Part shown: positions 1-11,759 of the stretch, piece after piece
Layout of the letters: every line of letters begins with the position of its first letter
Numbering within the stretch: the stretch's first letter is position 1
NCBI RefSeq assembly: GCF_009834535.1
Contig: NC_045697.1
Coordinates: 107,138,001-107,202,000 of the forward strand
Length of the DNA stretch: 64,000 nt
Direction of reading: 5' to 3'
Source: Camelus ferus
Taxonomy: Eukaryota
Position numbers and translations under genes: made by a program
Notes under the pieces: generated by a model
The model's input: the letters and a program-made list of their open reading frames with translations, nothing else
Told to the model about the DNA's origin: nothing
Databases searched by the model: none

Positions 1-111
1 TTATGCCATGGCCTTTCTCACCGAATTGAATCCTTGGTTTCTTTAGAGAACCACCATTCTCAATTTTAAGTAGAAAAAAAGAGAAAAAGAAACCAAATGG
101 GTAGGCTTTAA

Positions 112-660
112 TCAGCATTCATTTACTGACCAATTATTCACTGAGAATCTACTATGTGTAAGGCGAAATGCCAGGCACTAGGGATATGTGATGGACAGAG
201 TTCCTGACTTCACGCAGCACACAGAAGAGCAGGAAACAAAATAACATACAAGTACATATAATTACAAACCAGTGGTAAGTGGTAAGAGAGGTTATAGCAG
301 GAAGATGTGATTTAAGATTTACATTGGATGGGGACTGCTGGGGCTAGAGGATGATAGCAAAGGAGGCTTTTGTGTAAAAGTGACACCTACAGGTGAATCT
401 GCAAGAGGAGTGAAGTCAGGGTAAATGAAAGAGTATTTTAACTGAAGAATAAGGTGAAAAAGAGCACAGTACTTGATGTGAGGTGGGAATGCTAAGTAGG
501 GGCCACATTATATATAATGGGTCTTGTGGATCATAGTCACGATAGTAGGTTTACTCTCCAGTACAAGAAAATACTGGATGGTTTTCTACATGATCAGCAT
601 AAACATTTTGAAACTAGTGTTTCAGGATGATTATGCTGGCTATTTTGTGGAAAATGAAGG
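112..660 (-). mobile_element. L2 LINE 3' fragment
   Basis: cattcatttactgac..tctactatgtg..gccaggcactagggatat is the typical antisense L2 3' end. Confidence 0.6.
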
Positions 661-699
661 GAACACCAGTGCGGGATAAAAAAAAAAAGATTTATCAAC

Positions 700-950
700 C
701 AACTATTTACTAACAACTGTTGCCTCAAGACTGTTGCCTTCCTTTCCCTAAATACTGAACTATTATATGACAAATTTTACATACCTCCAATCAGATCCCC
801 GCATGGAAAAACCTACTAAAAACCAAGTGAGCTAATACCTCAGAACTATAAATATCTACCTCAACCTCCTCCTCCTGAGATACTTGTAAGATTCTGTCAA
901 GACAGCAGTCTCACTGACTGTGGTACATAATAAACTTAGCTTTGCTACAT
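700..950 (+). mobile_element. Old ERV1-type LTR fragment (MER110/MER90-like)
   Basis: TATA-like ctataaata followed by gagatacttgtaagattctgtcaag..aataaacttagctttgct, resembling the R/U5 end of this LTR group. Confidence 0.5.
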
Positions 951-1215
951 CTGATGGGTTCAGAACAGTAGCAGGCAGCAGTAGTATTGCAGCCATAAAT
1001 GATAATGGATTAGTACAACCACAAAAATTAAGCAGTTTAAAACACAAAGAAAATTATTCAAAGACAAATGGAGTATTCGTAAGAATGAATATTGAATTAA
1101 AAAGCCAACAAAAGCAGATGTGCAGTATTTCACACAAAAACCACAGTAACAGACTTATTATAAAGTAGCACATCATGTTACCAAAACATAATTAGATATT
1201 TTTTTATTTGTATAT

Positions 1216-1550
1216 CATTGACCCTTGAACAACACGAGAATTAGGGGCACCAACTCTGTGCAGCCAAAAATCCATTAATCCAAAATCCAAAAATACAGTT
1301 GTCCCTCATTACCCGCAGGGAACTGGTTCCAGGACCTGTCCTGAATACCAAAATCTGCAGATACACAGGTCCCATAGATAGTCAACCCTTCTTGTCCGTG
1401 GTTCTGCATGCATAGATTCAACCAAACTCAGATTGGTTTATTTATTGAAAAAAATAATACATAAATAAATGTAAATGCTATATTTATTGAAAAAAAATCC
1501 CCATGTAAGTGGACCCACAGTTAAAACCTGTGCTGTTCAAAGGTCAACTG
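1216..1550. mobile_element. TcMar-Tigger MITE (Tigger2/MER8-related)
   Basis: Terminal inverted repeats cattgacccttgaacaacac / gtgctgttcaaaggtcaactg in a TA-rich context, with an internal MER2/MER8-like cagttgtccctc..ggttccaggacc. Confidence 0.8.
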
Positions 1551-2349
1551 TATGTACGTGAATACACACATATTTGCCAAGACATTAGTGTAATGCTACA
1601 TTAATGACATTTCTAGGAAATACTGGCAAATTGTAGCTAAGAAGGTAGCTCAGGTACCACTTTCCAATGAGACCAGAGCTTAATATATTCAAAAACTAGC
1701 TAATGAAGATCTACTATTAGAACAAAATAACCAGCTAAGTGTTTTTCAACACAACTTGAACATTGCATACATTTTGCTAACATGAAAAATTTTTTTAGAA
1801 TAAGTGAAATTTGAATATGATAATAACAAGGGAAAAAAATTTTTTCTGCTTCACTAATGACAAACATAACTAGCTCTGAACACTATAAAACTATGAATAA
1901 TTACATTATCATCAAATATTTATCTTTTGTTTAGGAAATATTCTGATAGCCCAGGTAACAACACTTGAGAAAATATTCTGGGGTAATCAAATATTTAAGA
2001 GGTTGGGCCAGCTTCCTTCATCTAGACAGTCTTACTACCATAAAAAAGGTCACATAAACTACAGTGTAGTTAGTGATGAAATAAAAAATGAGAATTACAT
2101 TAAGTTCAACATTAATTTCAAGAATTTCTTCTTTATTATGTGGTAACATAGAAGGTGACATTAAATAACTGTTACTGATTGTATGCATACATATGACAGT
2201 TCAAAGCATGTCCCTTGCAAGAATGTGTGAACCACAACTTTTAAAGATGTCAATTCAATAGTCATATGTGTCTGTTATCTTCAGTATTTTAATTACCTTA
2301 ACATAACATATTGCACGTTATTCAGTGTTAGATAAGATTGAAAAGTTAT

Positions 2350-2904
2350 TGAGCGTACAAAACTAACAAAATGGCTTTCCTGATGCTAAAGCTGTTTGCT
2401 GATTCATTCTCACTTAAAATTCTCACTTGTTTTTCCCTTTCTCTGACAAACCCCCACCTCTGCTTCACTTGCTCAACTGCTTTTGAGCTAAATAGTCCCC
2501 ATCTTTCCTACTATACTCTCCATTCCCTAAACATTCTTTACCATAATAGCTTGTCCTTTAACCCAGAAGCTGTATTCCAGGAAGACGGTCATGGGCTGAC
2601 AGCCTCAGTAGAATGAACAGACCCTCTGGAGCATCTCTGTGGTGCCAGGTGGGTTCAAGATCAAGGAGACTACAGCACCCCGGAAAACACCCTGACTGTC
2701 ATCGCCTTTCTGTTTCATCTGATTTTTCTATAAAACCTCAGGACCCCGACCCCAAGGAGGATTCACGGTCTCTGAGGCACCAGCCTGCTGTGATGCCCCT
2801 TTCCCTGGCAAAGCAATAAAGCTGTTCTTTTCTAATTCCCAAAACCCTGCCTCTGAGTCTCAATTCAGCTATCAAGGTACAGAGGCCGGTTTTTTTCAGC
2901 AACA
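2350..2904 (+). mobile_element. Solo ERV1-class LTR
   Basis: TG...CA ends, a perfect 4-bp TSD (TTAT at 2346-2349 and 2905-2908), a TATA box (ctataaaa) and AATAAA at ~2815. Confidence 0.85.
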
Positions 2905-3176
2905 TTATAAGCTTAGCAAAGTAGAGCTTATACAGATTTTTATGACTTATTCCATAATTTAACAGTACAGTCAGCCTTCCGTATCTATGGGTTCTGCATC
3001 CACAGATTCAACCAACTACAAGTCAAAAATATTCCAAAAGAAAATCCAGAAAGTTCCAAAAACCAAAATTTGAATTTGCTAGGTGCCAGCAACTACTTGC
3101 CTATCATTTACATTGTATTTACAACTGTTTACATAGCATTTACATTTTAGTAGGTAATTATAAGTGATCAAGAGAG

Positions 3177-3605
3177 TAGAATATTACTCAGCCATAAAAA
3201 ATGAAAATTTGCCATTTGGAACAATGTGGATGGACTTGGAAGATATTAAGCTAAGTGAAATAAGTCAAATAGAGAAAGACAATACTATATGATATCATTT
3301 ACATGTGAAATCTAAAAAATAAAACTAGTGAATATAACAAAAAAGAAACAAACTCATAGATACAGAGAATAAACTAGTGGGTACCAGTGGGGAGAGGGTA
3401 GAAAGGAAGAGGAGCAAGACAGGGATAGGGGATTAAGAGGCACAACAATTATGTATAAAATAAATAAGCTACAAGGGTATACAGTACAACAGGGAATATA
3501 GCCAATATTTTATAATAATAATAAATGGGATATAACCTTTAAAATTGTGAATCACTATGTTGTACACCTAAAAGTTATATAATATTGTACATTAACTATA
3601 TCTCA
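3177..3605 (+). mobile_element. 5'-truncated L1 3' end (artiodactyl-type)
   Basis: gaatattactcagccataaaaaatgaaa..gctaagtgaaataagtca..gaatcactatgttgtacacct is L1 ORF2 end plus 3'UTR. Confidence 0.85.
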
Positions 3606-3731
3606 AGAAAGAAAGAGGGAAGGAAGGGGAGAATGCAGAGGGGGGAGGAAGGGGAGGAAGGGAGGGAGGAAGAAAGGAAGGAAAGGAAGGAAGGAAAAAA
3701 GGAAAGAAAGATGAATGAGTGAATGAGTGAA
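3606..3731. repeat. Purine-rich GA/GGAA low-complexity tract with (GAGT/GAAT)n
   Basis: Directly visible; it sits at the L1 tail position. Confidence 0.85.
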
Positions 3732-4589
3732 TATGGGAGGGTGTGCTTAGGTTTATGTAAATACTACACCATTTTATATAAGGAACCTGAACATCCTTGG
3801 ATTTTGGTATCCAAGGGGCTGTCCTGGAACCAATCCCCTGAGGATATCAAAGGACAGCTGTAATCAACAAGGTAATAATGATCTTCAAATTGCTCATGTG
3901 TGAAAAGTTATCACCAGACACCTGGTGAAATATGCAACAGAATGTTTTGAAAATTTTTCCATAAAAAGATCTAAGCTTAGAATATTCAAGGCTGTAAAAT
4001 CCATTTCTCTCATCAAAAGATAATTTAAATTGAACTATAAATTTATAGAGCAAATGAGTGGAACTGGTCATGATGGAGAAATGGAAATAAAAGTTTCAAA
4101 ACAGAGCATCTCTTGCTTCACTTTGGATAAAAGCTGAAAACGAGTGTCTTGAGCAGCTGAGACTGCTTAAAAAATCACTGCTTCCAGTCTCATCAACATA
4201 ACTCTGAGCTATTAATGTTATTATCGATACCATTAACAATACTAAAAGAGTGAAACAATTTCGTTATCCTCTGAAGTACTGTAATGCTCTACTAATCCAA
4301 AGTAGATTTTAAGTTTTTTACAAAGCAAGCTCATTTGCCACATTAAAAACTAAATATAAAAAAAAATCAAATTTATAAAAGCTTTGCATATTATAATAAA
4401 CGGAGTTTGTTCAAAGTGTGCACTAGACATTTAATACAAAGAACTGCTATTTCATCCATAACTTTCTGTTTAGATACAACTCTGGAACAAGAAAGTCATG
4501 TAGAACTGAAATTCTTCGTATCAGTTGCACTCTTTCAGTGACCCTATGTAACTTTTGTAATTCTTTTCTTTCTTCTTAGGTTATGTTTG

Positions 4590-4830
4590 TTCTATTTATT
4601 GAAAAGTACTCTTACCCACTGACTTCTATTCTTTTCTTTTTTTTTCTTTTCTTTTTTTGAGTAGAAGGAAACTGATTCAGGGAGAAGTACACTCCACAGA
4701 CAGAGTGCAGGCCTTCTCAGAAGGCAAGAGAAAGGCCACGAGGTGTGGGTTGGGTGCTTGCTTAGTTTAAAGTTGAAGTAGATACACACTCCATAGACTG
4801 TCTCCGAAAGTAAGGGATTAAGAGGGCCCC
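4590..4830 (-). mobile_element. Probable ERV LTR fragment
   Basis: Duplicated acactcca(c/t)agac motif and cagacagagtgcaggccttctcagaaggcaagag resemble antisense artiodactyl ERV1 LTRs. No clear ends. Confidence 0.35.
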
Positions 4831-6324
4831 CTGCCACTGACTTTAATAGCAAAAAACTAGCTATGTTACAATTTAATTTTTATTTTTTCTATAATACATT
4901 TTTATTTTATTTTAGAAAAGTTACATATCTATGATAAAATTTGGACTTCAAAAATCTGGTCTTTCATCACTGTTTGAAAAGCACTAGTTTAGATTATTAT
5001 ATAATTTAAAACTCATTTTACTCCTAATCATATAAATTATATTTTTATCAATTAGGAACTCATAGTTTAAAAAGCCTGCTTAGTCAGCAAAGTAAATGGT
5101 TTTTTAAAACAAAAAAAAATAAATAAAAAGCCCATAACTTACCATATTAACAACCAACTCCTATTCCTGGCAAGATATAGCTCTTATTGTACACAGATAC
5201 CTAAAATACTAAAAATACCTAAAATACAGTCTTCTCTCAAAAACAACCCCTCCAAGTATATTTTAGGGGCTTCTTGGGAAGTAATTCTTTTTTTAAAAAT
5301 TAATGCAAATTAATTTGGCGGTTGTATGTGACTCAAGAGTTTATATGGCTGTCCCCTAAGCAGACAGAGCTGCTTCTCCTCACCTAAATTATGATACTTA
5401 AAGACAATTACATGGATAACATTTCTGGTAAATACTGTTGAAAGTATACCCCCATAAAATATCCAGAAAAGTGACTAAAATACAGAGAAAAAATTTGTTT
5501 TTTTAAATGCAGAGTTGACTTGAAAGAAAGTAAAGAAAACCCTCAGTTAAAAAAATCAAATGAAGATTCCAAAATCAAAGAAGTAAGCATAATCAGGTAC
5601 TATCACTGCCTTAGCTAAGAATTTGAGCAAGTGCATCTATGTGCATGCACGCTGGGAGAGGGGTTCTCATTAAAGACCAAGAGGCGTTTGTTTAATGACC
5701 ACATGACAATAGAAGACTTGGGTCAGTGCAAGGCACAGAGTTTAAACTTAGACATCATCATAAAGCCAAGTACCTTTTAAAGCTATACTTTCAGTGAAAG
5801 GAAATGTATCAACCAACTAATCATGGACTTGTCAATACACTGGCTTGTAGTCCAAACTGAGAAATTGGTGTTAAAGCAGTACTGGCTAGTAATATGCCCA
5901 GAACACAAGGCAGAAGCAAATATGAAAGCCCTCTGAAGAGACACACTTTCAGACAAGATATAAAGCCTTCTCACTGATAAAGCTATACTGAAGAAAAACC
6001 ATATTCACAAACCACAATGCATTTTACAATTATGCAATGAACTATAGTCAAAAGATATAACGAACAGCAAGGTTAGATGCCCCCTCTCCCAATGTTCTAT
6101 TATTAAATAAACTATAAATCAGTATACTTCCAATTATTAAAACATAGAAGAATTATATACATGATAAAGATTAAGATTATTTTTAAATAAGAAAAATGGA
6201 AAATAAAATGATATTTCTAAAAATGAAAAGGATATTCACTGAAATTTAAAAAATCAGGAATGAATTAAACAGAGGAATTTGTAAAATGGAAGATAGGTCT
6301 GAGAAAATGAATACAAAAATTATT

Positions 6325-6461
6325 TATTTTTTAACATTTTTTCACTAAGTCTCTGAAAATGATGTGTATTTTACATCTGCAGCACATTTCAAGACAAATT
6401 AGCCACATTTCAAGAGTTTAATTGCCACAAAGAGCTAGTGCCTACCATATCAGACAATACA
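6325..6461. mobile_element. MER3/MER33-type hAT MITE fragment
   Basis: gtgtattttacatctgcagcacatttc..tagccacatttcaagagtttaattgccaca..gctagtgcctaccatatcagacaatacag. Confidence 0.75.
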
Positions 6462-7044
6462 GACATATAAAACTGATATAACAATCAAATTGCCAAGTAG
6501 CTGACTCTACTGGTTTCAGGGTTATTATGGTTACTGCCATGTGATTTGGGAGTGCTTCCAAGTCTCAGTTTTCTCTTCCTGAGGAAGCCATCACTCTCTT
6601 AACTTACTATACAATAAGACAAAAAATAAGTAATTGACTATCACGTCCATGTTTCTGTTGAAGAAAACCTTTACCTTAAATAATATATTTCCTCCACCAT
6701 AATAGTGACAATTATTTTGAAGACTTTTTACATAGGAAAGGAATGCAACTTTTCAAAAAGGAAAGGCATTTAAGTTGAATTTAAAATACCTTCAGACTTA
6801 ATAAAAATATTATACCTAAATAAAAGTGCACGCAATTATCAATTCAACACTATAGGTAATATATGTAGCCAAAGAGATGAATTAATTTCTCATTGTTCAG
6901 TCTTTATTTGCATACGAAGTTAATTCTTTCTAACCTGTACACATTTTTTAAATTTATAAATACTTTATTTCAATTTGACCTTGTAATAGGAATTACAATA
7001 AGACAGTAACTGACATAATTGAATTATAAGCACAAAGTAAAAAA

Positions 7045-7265
7045 ACAGAATTCAAAACCAGATTCTAATTCCTATGTTAACTGTATAACTTTGCAGATAT
7101 TACTAAGCCTCTGAGCCTCAGCTTCCTTATTCTGTATAATGGGCCTAAAAGTAATGCCTCTCTGAAACAACTTTAGGGTTCTAAAGATAAAACGAATAAT
7201 CTATCAAAGCACTCTGAGAAACTGACACATAGCACTCAGTAAAAGTAAGCCACTATTATTATAAT
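7045..7265 (+). mobile_element. MIR SINE
   Basis: MIR core cctctgagcctcagcttcctt..ctgtataatggg with the 3' tail gacacatagcactcagtaaa. Confidence 0.75.
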
Positions 7266-9879
7266 CATAGTATCACTGTCTCTATTAAACATAATTGTAT
7301 AAAATTTAAACATTACAGCCATAATCCATAATAAAACGATGGATTTAAATATTAGAAAATATTATATAAAATGTTGTGTTAAAAAATAAGACTTGGAAAA
7401 TAGTTAAAATGTAGAAGAATCACATCTAGCTAAAATAAATGACCAATTATTTAGAAGCTTACATATTCTCTGCAAAATTTCTTTATTGTCTGTTTTCATT
7501 GCCTGTATTCATTTTAATACTTTTAGTTAACAAAAAGATAAACAATAAAAGTAAATGAAAAATGAATCATGCCTGCTGTACTGGTTAACAAGCTAAAAAA
7601 AAGGAAGTGGAATAAAGAATCAAATGGATTAAATTGCTGGTTAATATGGTACCATGTAATTTAGGAAATACACACGGGTTCCCTGCTTTTGTACCTCATT
7701 CTCAAGTGAAAGTTTCTCTTTCTTACAGAAAGCTAAAGAAAAATCATGTCACATTACAATGTAAAGAAGACATTCTTAATTCTGTAAACAATCAATCTAT
7801 TATCTGCCAGGTACTGTGTTAGGTGATAGGAATTAGGAGAAAAAAAAAAACTCTGTCCATAATAAAGAATCTAGAACAAGGTATTTATTGTTACTGAGAG
7901 TGTATGTTTGAATTAAAAGTGTTTACCTTCTTTCTAACAATACTCTAAAACGTTATTACAATACTGTTGACAGTTCTGTTGGGGCAAGTTTACTAATTTT
8001 TAAACAAAGTAAATAATCTTATGTTATAAAATATATACATATGATACCATAAAAAGCCTGCTCAAAAGATACAAAATATATAAAATTTTAATTTTTAAAA
8101 TAACTTAATTAGTTAAAATAATAACTAACTTCCCTTTTAAAAGGGAAGTGAAAAAGTATCATGTGCATGTTAAATTTCCACAAAGGGAAAATTTTCTGCT
8201 CTTCTATATAAGACAGTGCCTTCACATAATACTGACTTTTTAGAAAAATGCTTTTCTATGATTTGCCACAGTGAGTCATTTAAAAATTATTACCCAGACA
8301 TCATGCCGTTATTACTCTCTTGAAAGAGATATTCTCAGCAATATATAGATAAAATAGTCAGCATGTGCTGTATTATTATGCATAAATGAATGCCATATAT
8401 TATTTACATAGAAATTCTTTTCTTGCCATAACTGAAGAAAAAGCATTTAAAAGGTAAAAAATGAGATTTAGATTTCCTCATTTTTAGTGGCTTGCATTTA
8501 CTACAAAGCGACAGGACTATTCTTCATCTTTTTTCTTCAACCTATGTTGAATGAAATTCCATACATCAAAAAAAAATGCAGATATTGAACATGGAATCAT
8601 ATATCTGCATTCTTCTTATATAATCCTTCCTAGATGCAGAAGCAAAGTATATCTCTAGATGAATATACCACACTACAGTTTCAGATAATTCATAAAATTC
8701 TGAGACAAAACATTTGCATCTCCATTGGTCAAATTCTCCCACTTCACCTCCATGATATGGTCACACACTGTCCGACAAGATGAACAAAGTTACATTCCTA
8801 AAAGCAAAGATGCTATATACATCAACTCTTCCAATTTACCTTACTGAGCAAAGGCTACGTGAAAATCACTATGCTGGGAGCTTTAGGGGGATGGAAGTCA
8901 TTTCCTAAGAGTTTAGAAATCATGCGAAGCAAATAGTGATAACATAAAGCAGATAGCTGCACTGTCTGTCACTGAGAATTCAGAAAGAGACTAAGACTGC
9001 CTGAATGAGAAAGAAAAAAGAAAAAAAAGGGAGGATTCATGTTAAAGGAAAGAAGTTATTATTTAAGTCATATTGCCTATTGTAACCAAGAATAAACTTT
9101 CTTTCCAGTTGACCTAAAGTCATTATTTAAATCATAATACAACCACTGTAGGCCTGAACAGTTGAGGAATCTTTGAATGGTATAAGCATTTTCTGTATTC
9201 TGAAGATCATTTTCCCTACTTAAAAAAATGACTTTCAACTCCATATATAACCTGACTATAACGTAGAGACTTCCAATCCTATAAAATATTATCATGGGGA
9301 AGATGTATTCATGTTCATACTAAACTCAAGTGTCAAATTAAGATAATTATAGAGAATCAACCAGCACAGTATAATACTTACTGCCATACAATGAACACTC
9401 AACAAATATTAGTTATTAATGTATGAACACCAGTAAGACAAAGAAGCAAAAGCTAAATTTAAAAATTCATTTCACATTCTTAAATCTGATAGAATTCCCA
9501 AGGATTCTATCCTTTTATCCAATAAACAAATATTTACTGAACATCAATTACATATCTGTTACTAAGAACTGAAAATTACAAAAAGGGGCAAAAGAGAAGC
9601 ATGATTTCAACTCTTATACTGAGACATAATAACATGTAAAGAAATTACTTTATAAGTGGTTTATTATGAAGTCAATTCAAAAAAAGGGGCCAAGACAGAG
9701 AACATCCTGTAGCAGGGAAGAGTCACCTACTTTGGTGGGGTGATCCCAGAAGGCCTCTGAGGTGACTTAGAAAGGGGAACATAAAGGTTAGGAGTTAAAC
9801 TGTAAAAAGCAGAAAGAACAGTTTGCTGAGACAAATGGTTAATGAGTTGTCCTATATTAATATATCAGCATCTTTTGAC

Positions 9880-10480
9880 AGTTTATTGTTCTTTCCAGAA
9901 CTTTTAAAAATAGACTTTCAGAACCACCAATTTCCAGCTTTCTACCTACCTTCAGGAAGAATAACTTTCTGTCGATATTCACTTATTTGGTGATCTCACC
10001 CTAATCATGGCATTAAATACCACCAGTTACAGTGGGGACTCCCAAATTTGTATCCTGAGCCTACACTCCTTTCAGGAATTGCAAGTTTATATATCCAACT
10101 GCCTAATGGACATCTCCACTTGGATGGCTAATAGACATTTCAAACTAAACATGTTCAAAACTGGGCTCCAGCCCTTCCCTCCTTGCCCTGATCCTTCTAA
10201 AGTCTTACCACTTGAGCAACTCCATTCCTCTAGTTGCTCAAACAAAAACTTCCAGTCAGCCTTGATGCCCTTCATTCTTGCAATATATTAAATCTATCAG
10301 CATATCCTGTTAACTCTAAAATGAAGTAGATTAAGATTCAACCACTTCTCACTACCTTCACTGCCATTAGCCTAGTCAAAGTAATTATTTCTTATCTCAA
10401 TTATTGCAGTAATTGGTCTTCCTATTTAAGCCTTCATCTCCTTTCAATCTCTTCCTAAAACAGGAAGCAGAGTGAAGCAC
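9880..10480 (+). mobile_element. L2 LINE fragment
   Basis: gactcccaaatttgtatc..atatccaactgcctaatggacatctccacttggatggctaatagacatttcaaactaaacatgttcaaaactg is a hallmark L2 segment. Confidence 0.8.
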
Positions 10481-11156
10481 TTAAAATGCTAAAAGAGGAA
10501 GCAGCAGAGGGAAGTCAAGAGAAGGTTCTGAGTTTGCCTTCAGTTTATTTAAAGATAGAATATATTTTAACACATTCCTCTGCTTTTCCATGAGAAAAGG
10601 AAGACTGATTCAGAAAAGAGAAGAAGTAAGTGAATAAGCAAAGTCTGGCCGAATACATTTGCCAATGAAAAAGGTGGGGCTCTCGAGTGGGAGGAAACTA
10701 ACAAATATATATTGATTAGTTTGGTGATGAACAGATGCAATGTTCATTCCAAGTTGATGAGATCTGTTTCCGTAAAAAAAAAATATGAGTTAAGGGCTTC
10801 AGTTGACAGTACGTTTATAGGAGGACATTTGGTTTTGAGGAGTGGGGAAAAGTATGAATGAAATCATTTACGTGGGGTAATGGTAAATGAATTAGTTTAA
10901 CTGAGTACTTGCCAAAGGACGTAGTAACACTCAGTTGTTAGGATAGCTTGGTACTCTTCTCGTCTGCTACACTCTACCGGTGGCTTAAACAGAGCAACAG
11001 TTCAACTACTATCTATCAGCTAAAAACATCCAAGTATAACTTGAATATCCAGCTATATCTTACCTAGCCACTAAATCTGTATTTCCAGATTGCTATCAGA
11101 TATGTCCATGTGCAGTTCCCCCAAAACCAAAGCCTGAATACATTCCAAACTGCTCT

Positions 11157-11622
11157 TGAAAGACTAGAAAGATAACAAGATGGTTCTTGAGTTGTTTGGG
11201 CCTGTAATTCTAGCTAAACTAATCATATGACTAAAATGCTCCCTTCCCTGTGCATTCTTTTCTTGAAATAGTAACATCCTTTTACCCTAGAGGTCTTCAA
11301 AGAAGGTCATGGACTGAACCTCAAAAAAATGGGTAGACCCTCCTAAACTTGTCCATAACAACAGCCAGTTCTTATCAAGATGAAGAGAATGTAACACCCT
11401 GCAACATGCCCTGATTGTTATCACCTTTTCTGTCCCATCCAGTTTTTCTATAAAACCTTAAAATCCCAACTCCAAGACCGATTCACAGTCTTTAAGGCAT
11501 TAGCCTGCCATGACTCCCTATGCCTGGCAAAGCAATAAAACTGTTCTTTTCTATCCTCCCAAAACTCTGCTACCAACTCTCAATTCAGCTCTCTGGGTAC
11601 AGAGGCTGGTTTTTCAGTAACA
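11157..11622 (+). mobile_element. Solo ERV1-class LTR related to the one at 2350-2904
   Basis: TG...CA ends and a 4-bp TSD CTCT. It shares tttttctataaaacct, cctggcaaagcaataaa, ctcaattcagct and ggtacagaggc with the first LTR. Inserted in L2. Confidence 0.85.
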
Positions 11623-11759
11623 CTCTTCTCAATGTTCTTTCTCCTCATTTCCCAATGAAGAGGATTACAGTATCTAGCAACTCAGGCAAAACAAACTCTT
11701 TTAAGCCTTTTGCAATGCTCAATATACTGAACAGCTCCACGGACTCAAAAATATTTTTT

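Larger units (their letters stand above)
2968..3860. mobile_element. MER2-type Tigger MITE split by an L1 insertion
   Basis: Ends ta|cagtcagccttccgtatc and gatatcaaaggacagctg|ta. The characteristic ggattttggtatcc..cctggaaccaatcccc is present. Confidence 0.8.
990..4985 (+). mobile_element. Fossil Charlie1-type hAT DNA transposon (decayed transposase), fragmented by later insertions
   Basis: Segments at ~990-1190, 1570-2345, 2905-2965 and 3860-4350 follow Charlie1 transposase sequence. Examples are aagaaggtagctcaggtaccactttccaatga and the hAT dimerisation-domain remnant ctttggataaaagctgaaaacgag..ctgcttccagtctcatcaacata. A terminal-like gtttgaaaagcactag lies near 4985. Confidence 0.75.

Noticed and set aside
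856..1047. Minus-strand ORF ending YLRRRRLR, superficially like the LRBA motif DDLRRRRRF
   Set aside because: The surrounding residues do not match LRBA (no FWRLDYWE), and it overlaps LTR/Charlie remnants, so the similarity is coincidental.
8575..8611. 11-bp inverted repeat aatgcagatat / atatctgcatt as a miRNA hairpin
   Set aside because: The stem is too short for a pre-miRNA, and such repeats are expected by chance in AT-rich DNA.
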